Of a DNA stretch of 62,735 bases, positions 35,497-43,830 are shown piece after piece. Position 1 is the stretch's first letter, and each line of letters begins with the position of its first letter. The DNA comes from a virus (taxonomy: Duplodnaviria > Caudoviricetes), in IMG/VR virus record IMGVR_UViG_3300042448_001551, positions 1 to 62,735 of that record. One strand, 5' to 3'. The notes under the pieces are model-generated. The model searched no databases. It worked only from the letters and a program-made list of their open reading frames with translations, and was not told where the DNA came from. The position numbers and the translations under genes are program-made.

Positions 35497-35715
35497 ATGG
35501 AAAATAAAGATAAAGTGATTTACACAGACTTAGACAGTGTGATAGACTTATTTGAAGAGGGAGATCTTTCTTCTGATGAACTTGCCTTTCCTTATTACAA
35601 GGGAGGTGTTGGTAGTGATGGTCAAAAGCTAGTGAGCTGGGTACATAGGAGTGAGCTTGAGAACTATCTCATTTTAAGAAAGACTTATAATAACAGTCTT
35701 TTAAAGAGACAATAA
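35497..35715 (+). CDS. Hypothetical protein
   Basis: 72 aa, directly after the promoter. Confidence 0.65.
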   Translation: MENKDKVIYTDLDSVIDLFEEGDLSSDELAFPYYKGGVGSDGQKLVSWVHRSELENYLILRKTYNNSLLKRQ

Positions 35716-35784
35716 AATATATTTTATTATTACATATAATAGAAGTAAATTTGTATAGTTTAAACTTTTTAAGTATATTGTATT

Positions 35785-35997
35785 ATGACAGCAGTTGTAA
35801 AAAACCAACAAGAGAGTCAGTTAAGTTATTACTTACAGACGACAAACAAATACGGTGAGCCAGTTAACATTCCAGTTATAGATGTTAGAGATGGGTTAGC
35901 TGAGAGAATGCTAGGAGAACAGTTTATAAAGTCTAGCAATCGTAGTAAGTATATAACATATAATGAATACCATATTTCACGCAAAAACCAAAAATAA
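35785..35997 (+). CDS. Hypothetical protein
   Basis: 70-aa co-oriented ORF. Confidence 0.6.
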   Translation: MTAVVKNQQESQLSYYLQTTNKYGEPVNIPVIDVRDGLAERMLGEQFIKSSNRSKYITYNEYHISRKNQK

Positions 35998-35998
35998 T

Positions 35999-36289
35999 AT
36001 GATTCACATTTGTAACATACAGTGTTTAACAATGGATCAAGAAGAAGCCAGTCTATTAAATATAAAAGACAAGGGTAAGTGGCTTCCTTTTATGTTTAAG
36101 CTAGATATAGTGGAAGCAATTAAATTGGCATCAGATGAACCAGATGCTTTAGCATATGAAAAGACTTCTGTTTTTACCAATGGGGGTGATGTATATGTTA
36201 TAGACACCCCGTTTGATGTTTTCCAAACTATATTTATAAAACACAATATTGAGGGTCATCTTCCAGATAGGGAGGAACCCTCTTTTTAA
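35999..36289 (+). CDS. Hypothetical protein
   Basis: Likely start MIHICNIQC. Confidence 0.65.
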   Translation: MIHICNIQCLTMDQEEASLLNIKDKGKWLPFMFKLDIVEAIKLASDEPDALAYEKTSVFTNGGDVYVIDTPFDVFQTIFIKHNIEGHLPDREEPSF

Positions 36290-36310
36290 TTTTAAAAACC
36301 AATAAGCATT

Positions 36311-36682
36311 ATGAAAGACCAAGAACAACCAAAAGCTCCTTCTAAAGAAGAAGTGATTGCTTTCTTAAAAGAACAGATTGAGGTGAAATCAGTTCAATTA
36401 GAACTACAGAAGATTAACACCAGTCTTGCAATAGAAAAAGCAGAAGAGTTAAAAGCTTTGTCTATTATTGGACAAATTACCAACCCAGGGTCTAGAGAAG
36501 ATTCTTATAAAGGAGGCACTCCTCACATTTTAACAAAAGAGGATATGGAGTTAAATCCTGAGCTTGCCGAGGAAGGACTTAAAGAAGGAGACACTATTGT
36601 TATTCCAGATGGAGAATCAGTGGAGTCTTTAAAAGATGAAGCCCCTACAGTTGAGAAAAAATCTAAATCTTTAAAAAAGTAA
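36311..36682 (+). CDS. Hypothetical acidic protein
   Basis: HILTKEDMELNPELAEEGLKEGD motif. Confidence 0.7.
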   Translation: MKDQEQPKAPSKEEVIAFLKEQIEVKSVQLELQKINTSLAIEKAEELKALSIIGQITNPGSREDSYKGGTPHILTKEDMELNPELAEEGLKEGDTIVIPDGESVESLKDEAPTVEKKSKSLKK

Positions 36683-37114
36683 ATGAACACTCTTTATAAA
36701 CTAAAAGATTATAGGGAAACATTTAAGTTTGAGAAAGAACATCCTAAACCTCTCCGCTGGGATGACCAGTATAAATTATACATGTTGTCACAAGCGGAGA
36801 AGTTTCAGGGTATTTGGTTCAAAGATAAAGGAGAGTTAATAGGAGAAATTTTGTTTAGCTGGCAAAGTGATAATGTAGTGCATATAGATTCTTTCACTAT
36901 AATAGAAGCTTACAGAGGAAAAGGATTGGGGTATGAAATAGTTAATGAAGGAATAAAATGGGCTGAAAGTTTTAATTTCTCTTACATCACTGGAGAAGCT
37001 AGACAAGGAGCCAGTTGGAAAATATTTGAAAATATAGGAGCATTCCCTATTTTGTTACATGAAAACTGGAATGACACAAAAGAAAATTACATGAGTTTTA
37101 AATTAGATATATAA
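36683..37114 (+). CDS. GNAT-family acetyltransferase
   Basis: HIDSFTIIEAYRGKGLG acetyl-CoA-binding motif A. Confidence 0.85.
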   Translation: MNTLYKLKDYRETFKFEKEHPKPLRWDDQYKLYMLSQAEKFQGIWFKDKGELIGEILFSWQSDNVVHIDSFTIIEAYRGKGLGYEIVNEGIKWAESFNFSYITGEARQGASWKIFENIGAFPILLHENWNDTKENYMSFKLDI

Positions 37115-37476
37115 TGGCATTAGTAAACCAAGTTGATAAGAGAGTAAAAATGGACCTTTGGCAGATAGTAAAATATCAGATTTTAACCCATTGTTACATT
37201 AATAAAATACAGATAAGTGATTCTGACTTAGACTGTTTAACATATTTAGCTTTAGAAGGAGACCAAGAATTAACTAGCTTTTGTAATAAAGCTAATGAAA
37301 AAAGATTGTTTTCCTCAGCCCAGTCTGTGAGAAACTGTCTCACTAAATCAGAAAAGAAAGGTCTTATAAAGAAAGAAGGAAAGAATAAGAAAAAAATATT
37401 TTTACACCCAGATCTTAAAGTGCATAGTAAAGGAAACATATTATTAGACTTTAAATTCTTGTGCGTTGCATCCTAA
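37114..37476 (+). CDS. Conserved wHTH-like hypothetical protein
   Basis: SAQSVRNCLTKSEKKGLI; lies upstream of the HU/IHF-like gene. Confidence 0.6.
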   Translation: MALVNQVDKRVKMDLWQIVKYQILTHCYINKIQISDSDLDCLTYLALEGDQELTSFCNKANEKRLFSSAQSVRNCLTKSEKKGLIKKEGKNKKKIFLHPDLKVHSKGNILLDFKFLCVAS

Positions 37477-37897
37477 AAAAGCTAAAGAGTTAATACCAGA
37501 AGTAGCTGAAAAAACCAATCTACCAGAAGAAATTGTGAAACAAATAGTTTCTTATTACTGGCAGGAGGTGAGACAAGCTCTTTCTAGTCTTCAACATTCT
37601 AGGGTGCATGTAACAAATCTTGGAGATTTTGTAATTAAACATTGGAAATTAGAAGAAAAGGTTAAAGTGTTTGAACAGTTTGAGGAAAAAAACAAACAGA
37701 AAGGTTTACAACAAATCACTGCTAGATTTAGAACAGCTGAAAAACTTTTTGATCTTAAAAATTTACAAAGTATAATAGATACTGAGAAGCAAAGGGCAGA
37801 TTTTGTTAAAATTTATAAAACTACTAGAGATGAGTCTAAAACAAAATATAATAAGGGTTTGGAAAAACAAAAACCAAATAGTGGAGGGGGTGACTAA
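37466..37897 (+). CDS. HU/IHF-like DNA-binding protein
   Basis: KELIPEVAEKTNL....VKQIVS....V...L.....VHVTNLGDF is the HU N-terminal pattern. Confidence 0.7.
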   Translation: MHPKKAKELIPEVAEKTNLPEEIVKQIVSYYWQEVRQALSSLQHSRVHVTNLGDFVIKHWKLEEKVKVFEQFEEKNKQKGLQQITARFRTAEKLFDLKNLQSIIDTEKQRADFVKIYKTTRDESKTKYNKGLEKQKPNSGGGD

Positions 37898-38165
37898 TTC
37901 TATATTTAAGAAAGAAGATGTAGAAGCTATTGCTGAGGAAAGAATGAACATATGTAGAAAATGCCCTTCTAATCTTTATGATGAGACAGGAGAGGGCTGT
38001 TTAATTTTAGGTACACAACCATGCTGTCATATAGAGAAAGGAGGATGTGGATGTAGTCTTGGTTTTAAAACTAGAAGTCTTTCAGCTGGTTGTGATCTTC
38101 ACCATTGGGAGCCAGAGATTTCCCAACAAGAAGAAGATCTTTTAAAACAAAAATTAGGTATATGA
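37830..38165 (+). CDS. Cys-rich hypothetical protein
   Basis: R..IC..CP...CC...GCGC.L..KTRSLS..C...W. Confidence 0.7.
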   Translation: MSLKQNIIRVWKNKNQIVEGVTNSIFKKEDVEAIAEERMNICRKCPSNLYDETGEGCLILGTQPCCHIEKGGCGCSLGFKTRSLSAGCDLHHWEPEISQQEEDLLKQKLGI

Positions 38166-38998
38166 GTATATTAAGATTCACTGCTCATGATCATAAATAC
38201 ACAAGTATTGATGAACATGAAAAAGAGTGGTTATCTGTAACATCTTTTATTGGACAGTTTAAACAACCGTTTGATGCTGATAAGATTGCAGAGAAATCTT
38301 CTAAAAAAAGAAACTCGAAATGGTATGGAATGACTCCAGAGGATATAAAAACTGCCTGGAAAAATGAAGCACTAAGAGCTACAACACTTGGAACATGGTA
38401 TCACAATTGTCGTGAAAAAGATATTTGTGATTTTCAAGATATGGAAAGACATGGAAAGACAGTACCCGTTTTTACACCAATAGAAGTGGAAGGAATCAAG
38501 TATTCTCCTAATCAAAAGCTTACGGACGGTGTCTACCCAGAACATATGGTTTATTTAAAATCAGCAGGACTTTGTGGGCAATCAGATCTTGTAGAAGTGA
38601 TAGATGGGTTTGTACATATAACAGATTATAAGACAAACAAAGAGATTAAGTTGGAAGGATTTACCAGCTGGGATGGAATAACACAAAAAATGTTACCACC
38701 AGTGTCTCATTTAGACGATTGTAATTTAAACCACTATGCATTACAGTTGAGTCTTTATATGTATATTATATTAAAGCACAATCCTAAATTAAAACCAGGA
38801 GTGCTAACTATTCATCATATAATGTTTGAGGAAGTGGGTAGGGATAAGTTTGACAACCCTATAACAGAGCTTGATAGTAATGGAGATCCTGTAGTTAAAG
38901 ATATTGTACAATATGATCTTCCATATTTAAAATCAGAGATTATTAATCTTTTACATTGGCTAGAGGATAATCGCCACAAAATAAAAGTAAAGCACTAA
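38162..38998 (+). CDS. PD-(D/E)XK nuclease (Cas4/RecB-like)
   Basis: SVTSFI, GT..H, E...., GQSDLV, ITDYKTNK and HYALQLSLY motifs. Confidence 0.85.
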   Translation: MSILRFTAHDHKYTSIDEHEKEWLSVTSFIGQFKQPFDADKIAEKSSKKRNSKWYGMTPEDIKTAWKNEALRATTLGTWYHNCREKDICDFQDMERHGKTVPVFTPIEVEGIKYSPNQKLTDGVYPEHMVYLKSAGLCGQSDLVEVIDGFVHITDYKTNKEIKLEGFTSWDGITQKMLPPVSHLDDCNLNHYALQLSLYMYIILKHNPKLKPGVLTIHHIMFEEVGRDKFDNPITELDSNGDPVVKDIVQYDLPYLKSEIINLLHWLEDNRHKIKVKH

Positions 38999-39672
38999 TG
39001 AAAGTAGTATTTGATCACATTAATGGTTTTGGTAAAGTGAGTGATCAAGATTTTATTTATTCACAACCTTATGGTATTCTTGAAAATGGAGAAAATCCTT
39101 CAGATGCTTTAGATAAAGGATGGATACCGTGGGAAGACTTATGGTATAATATTAGATCTGTAAGAATAAAGTTAAGTGATTATAAACCACATGAAACTAC
39201 AAGAAAAAAAGCTAGACTTATTAATTTTTTGTATAAAGAGTTTGATGATAAACTTATCTATCGTGAACTATATGAGAAGTATTTAAGTCACCGTGGGTTT
39301 TTAAGAACAATTACATGGGAACAACTCTTTACTGGTCATATTGTTGAGTATAGTTACATGGGGAATGTTATTGGGTTTTCATGTGTAGAAAAATATAATG
39401 ATGCTTTAGTAGCAACACAGTTTGTCTGGGATTATGAAGAACCTAGTCTTTCTTTAGGCAAGGTGGCTCAGATGTATGAGTGTGAAATAGCAAAGATTTT
39501 AGAATGTAAATATGTATATATTTTAGGAGGTTATGAACAATGTTGTTTGTATAAGTCAGACTTTTATGGTTTTGAATGGTGGACAGGTTCAGAATGGAGT
39601 AGAGATAAACAATTATATAAAACTCTTTGTGAAAGAGATGATAAAACTACTGTAACATATGATGATATATGA
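38998..39672 (+). CDS. ATE1/Bpt-like aminoacyl-tRNA-protein transferase
   Basis: LDKGW, RSVRI and WDYEEPSLSLGK...E..IAK..ECKYVYILG.Y..CCLYKSDF resemble the ATE C-terminal D....SLG...Y.YLGY..C..M.YK..F pattern. Confidence 0.7.
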   Translation: MKVVFDHINGFGKVSDQDFIYSQPYGILENGENPSDALDKGWIPWEDLWYNIRSVRIKLSDYKPHETTRKKARLINFLYKEFDDKLIYRELYEKYLSHRGFLRTITWEQLFTGHIVEYSYMGNVIGFSCVEKYNDALVATQFVWDYEEPSLSLGKVAQMYECEIAKILECKYVYILGGYEQCCLYKSDFYGFEWWTGSEWSRDKQLYKTLCERDDKTTVTYDDI

Positions 39673-39853
39673 ACCAATTAATAGAGTGGAAGTGACCACT
39701 CCTAAAGGTGATGGTGTTATTTGGATTATTACAGACTATGGTCATGAAACAGATACCGTGTATACTATTATAATAGATAAAACATGTGAACTTTGGCAGT
39801 TTACACATAAAGACATAAAGATTAGAAAAAACGTAACATTTAGAAGAACATGA
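39659..39853 (+). CDS. Small hypothetical protein
   Basis: VTTPKGDG...ITDYG.E motif; overlaps both neighbours in a coupled manner. Confidence 0.6.
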   Translation: MMIYEPINRVEVTTPKGDGVIWIITDYGHETDTVYTIIIDKTCELWQFTHKDIKIRKNVTFRRT

Positions 39854-40362
39854 TAAGATTATTTGATATATCCAATGGTAAAGTGATTCCTAGTGAGCAT
39901 TGTTATACATTGAAGTTTTTAAAAGATATTATAGATTATTATGGGGAAGAAGCTCCTAAAGTTTATGCTTATTTGTTTTATATGACTTGTCCCAATCCAG
40001 ATCTTAATCCATTTTTTGATATGCTGGAAACAGAAAAAGAAGAATTTATTTTAAAAGAAATAGATGGAGAGTTTTCAGGGGAGGATGATTTAATAATTAC
40101 AGCCTTAGCTATGTGTAGAAAAATGTATGAAACTCCTACATATAGGGCTTACCAAGGTATTAAAATAGCTCTTGATAACTTAGGGAAGGTTTTGGCTACA
40201 GAAACTCCTACCTTTGGAAGAGATGGATCAGCTACATCTTTATTAAAGATTGCTGAAAGATTTGATATGGTGAGACAGTCTTTTAAAGGAGTGTATAAAG
40301 ACCTCCAAGAAGAACAAGATTCAAAAGTGAGAGGTGGGCAAAATATGGCTTACGATCAATAA
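39850..40362 (+). CDS. Conserved protein, candidate terminase small subunit
   Basis: Helical protein ending in VRGG, located near TerL. The call is an inference. Confidence 0.45.
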   Translation: MIRLFDISNGKVIPSEHCYTLKFLKDIIDYYGEEAPKVYAYLFYMTCPNPDLNPFFDMLETEKEEFILKEIDGEFSGEDDLIITALAMCRKMYETPTYRAYQGIKIALDNLGKVLATETPTFGRDGSATSLLKIAERFDMVRQSFKGVYKDLQEEQDSKVRGGQNMAYDQ

Positions 40363-40392
40363 TTTTAACCTTTTAAAGTGTAATACATATTT

Positions 40393-41043
40393 ATGAAAGA
40401 ACCAAACAGACAGCGTAAAAATGAAATTAAGTATTCTATTGAGTTAAATGAAGAACAGAAAGAAGCCAAGAGGCTTATTAGGGAAAATCAAATAGTTATT
40501 ATTACTGGTAGAGCTGGCTGTGGAAAGTCTTTAGTGTCTGCTCAAGTGGCGTTAGATTTTCTCTTTAAAAAAGAATGTGAAAAAGTCTTTGTTACAAGAG
40601 CTGCTGTGGAGGTGGGAACATCTTTAGGATTTTTACCAGGGGGCCTTTCTGAAAAATTTAACCCCTATCTAGAAGCATTTATTGAAAACTTAGTAAAATG
40701 TTATGATAAAACTAGAGTGGAGCAGCTAGTCATTGACCAAAAGATAATAGCTTCTCCTGTACAGTTTATACGTGGTAAAACTATAGATGATGTTTTAGTT
40801 ATAGAGGAGGCACAGAATTTAACTAAACATGAAATCTTAGCTTTGTTAACTAGACTTGGTAAAACTGGTAAGATTATTATTAATGGAGATAATGAGCAAA
40901 AAGACATTAAAGAAAGTTTTAATGGTCTTAGTTATGTAATAGAGCTTTCTAAAAAAATACAAGAAATTCAATGGGTTAAATTAAAAGAAAACCATAGAAG
41001 TGATCTTGTGGGAAAAATATTAGATTTTGAGTATGGCAAATAA
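40393..41043 (+). CDS. phoH: PhoH-like ATPase
   Basis: GRAGCGKS, TRAAVE, LGFLPG, FIRGKT, EEAQN, LTRLG, GD..QKD and HRS motifs. Confidence 0.92.
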   Translation: MKEPNRQRKNEIKYSIELNEEQKEAKRLIRENQIVIITGRAGCGKSLVSAQVALDFLFKKECEKVFVTRAAVEVGTSLGFLPGGLSEKFNPYLEAFIENLVKCYDKTRVEQLVIDQKIIASPVQFIRGKTIDDVLVIEEAQNLTKHEILALLTRLGKTGKIIINGDNEQKDIKESFNGLSYVIELSKKIQEIQWVKLKENHRSDLVGKILDFEYGK

Positions 41044-41341
41044 ACCATTAAGTAGAGAATTTTTATTAAATAGAGGATATTGTTGTGGTAATGGATGTTT
41101 TAATTGTCCTTATAAAGAAAAAACAATAAATATGGCAAGAAGTATACATGATTATGTATTTCATTTTAACGAGTATACAAACCTTTGGAATGCTATTCCT
41201 AGAGAATTAATAAATGATTATTGGAATAAACCAAAAGTAAAAGGTGTTATTAGTTCTTCTAGAATTGAAGTATTAACAGAACTAATAAATAAAGTGGCAA
41301 CCGATGCCAATTTTTTAGATAAGATTAAACAGGATGAGTAA
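41033..41341 (+). CDS. DUF5522-like Cys motif fused in frame to a small hypothetical protein
   Basis: LLNRGYCCGNGCFNCPY; second in-frame ATG at 41132 with an A-rich leader. Confidence 0.6.
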   Translation: MANKPLSREFLLNRGYCCGNGCFNCPYKEKTINMARSIHDYVFHFNEYTNLWNAIPRELINDYWNKPKVKGVISSSRIEVLTELINKVATDANFLDKIKQDE

Positions 41342-43538
41342 TTATAAAGAAATATATACATATGAAAATAATACTTGGAGCACCACTGTGTTTCAAACTC
41401 GTGAAGAATTTAGGGATTTTTTAATCCCTTTATTTATTGAGCCAGGTAAATATGATTTTGATGAGAATTCTTTAGTGTTTAATGAAGAGGGTAGGAAGTT
41501 TCAAAAACAAGGTTATTATTGCTCAGCTCCTTTTAAAACAAAAGATTTTATACATTATTGGGATTTACAAAAACATAAATGTAGGAATGGTATAATTGTT
41601 AAGAGTGGAGATAAAACCTGGTATATTACAAGAGAATATTATATGTGGTTAAACTTTCTTCCTATTTATGATAAAGAAGAAAAAAAGTTTGATTTTGCTA
41701 AAGTGAGAGATGCTCAGTATCATATGGCTCTTTATGAGCTTTTAGCTGAGCTTCATTATAAACATGCAGTTGTTTTAAAGAAACGTCAGATTGCATCTTC
41801 TTATTACCATATGGCTAAGTTTATAAACCATTGGGTATTTGAAGAAGGAGCTGTTTTAAAACTAGGAGCTAGCCTTAAAGATTATATTAATGAAAAAGGT
41901 TCTTGGAAATTTTTAGATGAATACCGTAATTTTTTAAACCAACATACAGCATGGTATCGTCCATCAGAACCTGATAAAGTGGGATCTTGGCAGCAACAGA
42001 TTAAAGTGAGGATAAATGGTAGAGACACTTATAAAGGTTTAAAAGGAACTATTAATGCTTATTCATTTGAGAAAAACCCAACTAATGGGGTCGGTGGTCC
42101 AGTAACTTATTTCTTTCACGAGGAAGCTGGTATTGCTCCTAAGATGGATGACACATATGGATTTATGAAACCAGCCTTAAAATCTGGTCATATGATCACT
42201 GGTCAGTTTATAGCTGCTGGATCAGTGGGTGATCTTGATCAATGTGAACCTTTAAAACTTTATATAGAAAGACCTGAAGAAAATGGATTTTATGGTGTCA
42301 CTTCTAATTTATTAGACTCTAAAGGAACTATTGGTGTAACAGGATTGTTTATTCCAGAACAATGGAGTATGCCTCCTTACATAGATAAATATGGTAATTC
42401 TAAAGTGGAAGAAGCTTTAGAAGCTCTTGAGAAAGAGTTTGAAAAACTAAAAAAAGACTTAGAACCTGCCGCCTATCAGTTAACTATTTCACAGTCTCCT
42501 AGAAATATAGAAGAGGCTTTTGCTACAAGGAAGCTTTCCATTTTTCCAAAACATTTATTATCAAAACAAATGCAACGTATACAGGATAAAGAATATCCTG
42601 TAGAGTATTTAGAACTTTCCAGAGATTCTAATGGGCAAATTGTAGATAAACCATCTAGAAAAATTCCTATTATGGAATTCCCTATTTCTAGAAAAACTGA
42701 GGATAAAGAAGGGGTTTTATGTATTTATGAAAGACCTCATAAAGATCCACCTTTTGGTATGTATTATGCTTCCGTGGATCCAGTGGGTGAAGGTAAAACC
42801 ACTACATCTGAATCATTATGTTCAATCTATATTTACAAAAATCCTGTTGAGGTTATTATTGATGATGGTGATGGTAAAGTGAAAAGTGTTATAGAAAGAG
42901 ACAAAATAGTGGCATCTTGGTGTGGACGTTTTGATGATCTTAATAAAACACATGAACGTTTAGAGATTTTAATAGAGTGGTATAATGCATGGACTGTTGT
43001 AGAAAACAACGTAGCTTTATTTATACAATACATGATTTCTAAAAAGAAACAACGCTATTTAGTCCCAAAAGACATGATTTTGTTTTTAAAGGATATTGGA
43101 GCTAATAGAAACGTATTCCAAGAATATGGTTGGAAAAATGTGGGCACATTATTTAAAGGTACAGTTTTATCCTATGGTATAGAGTTTTTAAAAGAGGAGT
43201 TAGACCATGAAACTAAAGCTGATGGAGAGATAGTAAAAACTATATATGGTGTAGAGAGAATCCCAGACCCTATGCTTTTAAAAGAAATGGATGCTTACCA
43301 AGATGGTTTAAACGTGGATAGGTTAGTTGCATTTTGTGCTTTAATAGCATTTGCTAAAATACAACAATCTAATAGGGGTTTAGTTAGACGGGTCGAGGCT
43401 GTAAAACAAAACTTGGATAAATCAAAAAAATTTAGTAAATTAAACTATAGCCCTTTTAGACATATTGGGGCTTCAACTATTTCTAAACATGGTGGTATGA
43501 CTGCCCCAAAAAGAAATGCATTTAAAAATTTTAGATGA
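41334..43538 (+). CDS. terL: Terminase large subunit
   Basis: LKKRQIASS Walker A variant, FHEEAG Walker B, nuclease SVDPV and DRLVA; position immediately before the portal. Confidence 0.9.
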   Translation: MSNYKEIYTYENNTWSTTVFQTREEFRDFLIPLFIEPGKYDFDENSLVFNEEGRKFQKQGYYCSAPFKTKDFIHYWDLQKHKCRNGIIVKSGDKTWYITREYYMWLNFLPIYDKEEKKFDFAKVRDAQYHMALYELLAELHYKHAVVLKKRQIASSYYHMAKFINHWVFEEGAVLKLGASLKDYINEKGSWKFLDEYRNFLNQHTAWYRPSEPDKVGSWQQQIKVRINGRDTYKGLKGTINAYSFEKNPTNGVGGPVTYFFHEEAGIAPKMDDTYGFMKPALKSGHMITGQFIAAGSVGDLDQCEPLKLYIERPEENGFYGVTSNLLDSKGTIGVTGLFIPEQWSMPPYIDKYGNSKVEEALEALEKEFEKLKKDLEPAAYQLTISQSPRNIEEAFATRKLSIFPKHLLSKQMQRIQDKEYPVEYLELSRDSNGQIVDKPSRKIPIMEFPISRKTEDKEGVLCIYERPHKDPPFGMYYASVDPVGEGKTTTSESLCSIYIYKNPVEVIIDDGDGKVKSVIERDKIVASWCGRFDDLNKTHERLEILIEWYNAWTVVENNVALFIQYMISKKKQRYLVPKDMILFLKDIGANRNVFQEYGWKNVGTLFKGTVLSYGIEFLKEELDHETKADGEIVKTIYGVERIPDPMLLKEMDAYQDGLNVDRLVAFCALIAFAKIQQSNRGLVRRVEAVKQNLDKSKKFSKLNYSPFRHIGASTISKHGGMTAPKRNAFKNFR

Positions 43539-43813
43539 GTATGATAAATCAAGATTTACATCATAAAAAGATAGAAATTTTATCTAGACTTATTAAAGAC
43601 AATCTCATTTCTAAAGCTGAAGCTTTGGTTTTACTAGAGAATGATGAGAATATTGAGACACAAAAACAAGAAACAACTCCTTTAAAGTTTGTTACTACAG
43701 ATACAGTTTATCAAGATTGGATAAAAAACTACCCTTTATTTGTGGGTGATACTTATATCAAAACAAATGATTACACATTTCAACTCCCTACAAGTAGCGG
43801 CACTTCTTTTTAA
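43535..43813 (+). CDS. Hypothetical protein
   Basis: 92 aa between TerL and the portal. Confidence 0.6.
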   Translation: MSMINQDLHHKKIEILSRLIKDNLISKAEALVLLENDENIETQKQETTPLKFVTTDTVYQDWIKNYPLFVGDTYIKTNDYTFQLPTSSGTSF

Positions 43814-43830
43814 TAAAAATATTATTTAAC

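Noticed and set aside
29900-35500. CRISPR array or mini-array in the non-coding region (given the Cas4-like nuclease)
   Set aside because: There are no regularly spaced identical repeats of CRISPR length. The repeats found are paired stem arms. The nuclease is a stand-alone PD-(D/E)XK protein with no cas neighbours.
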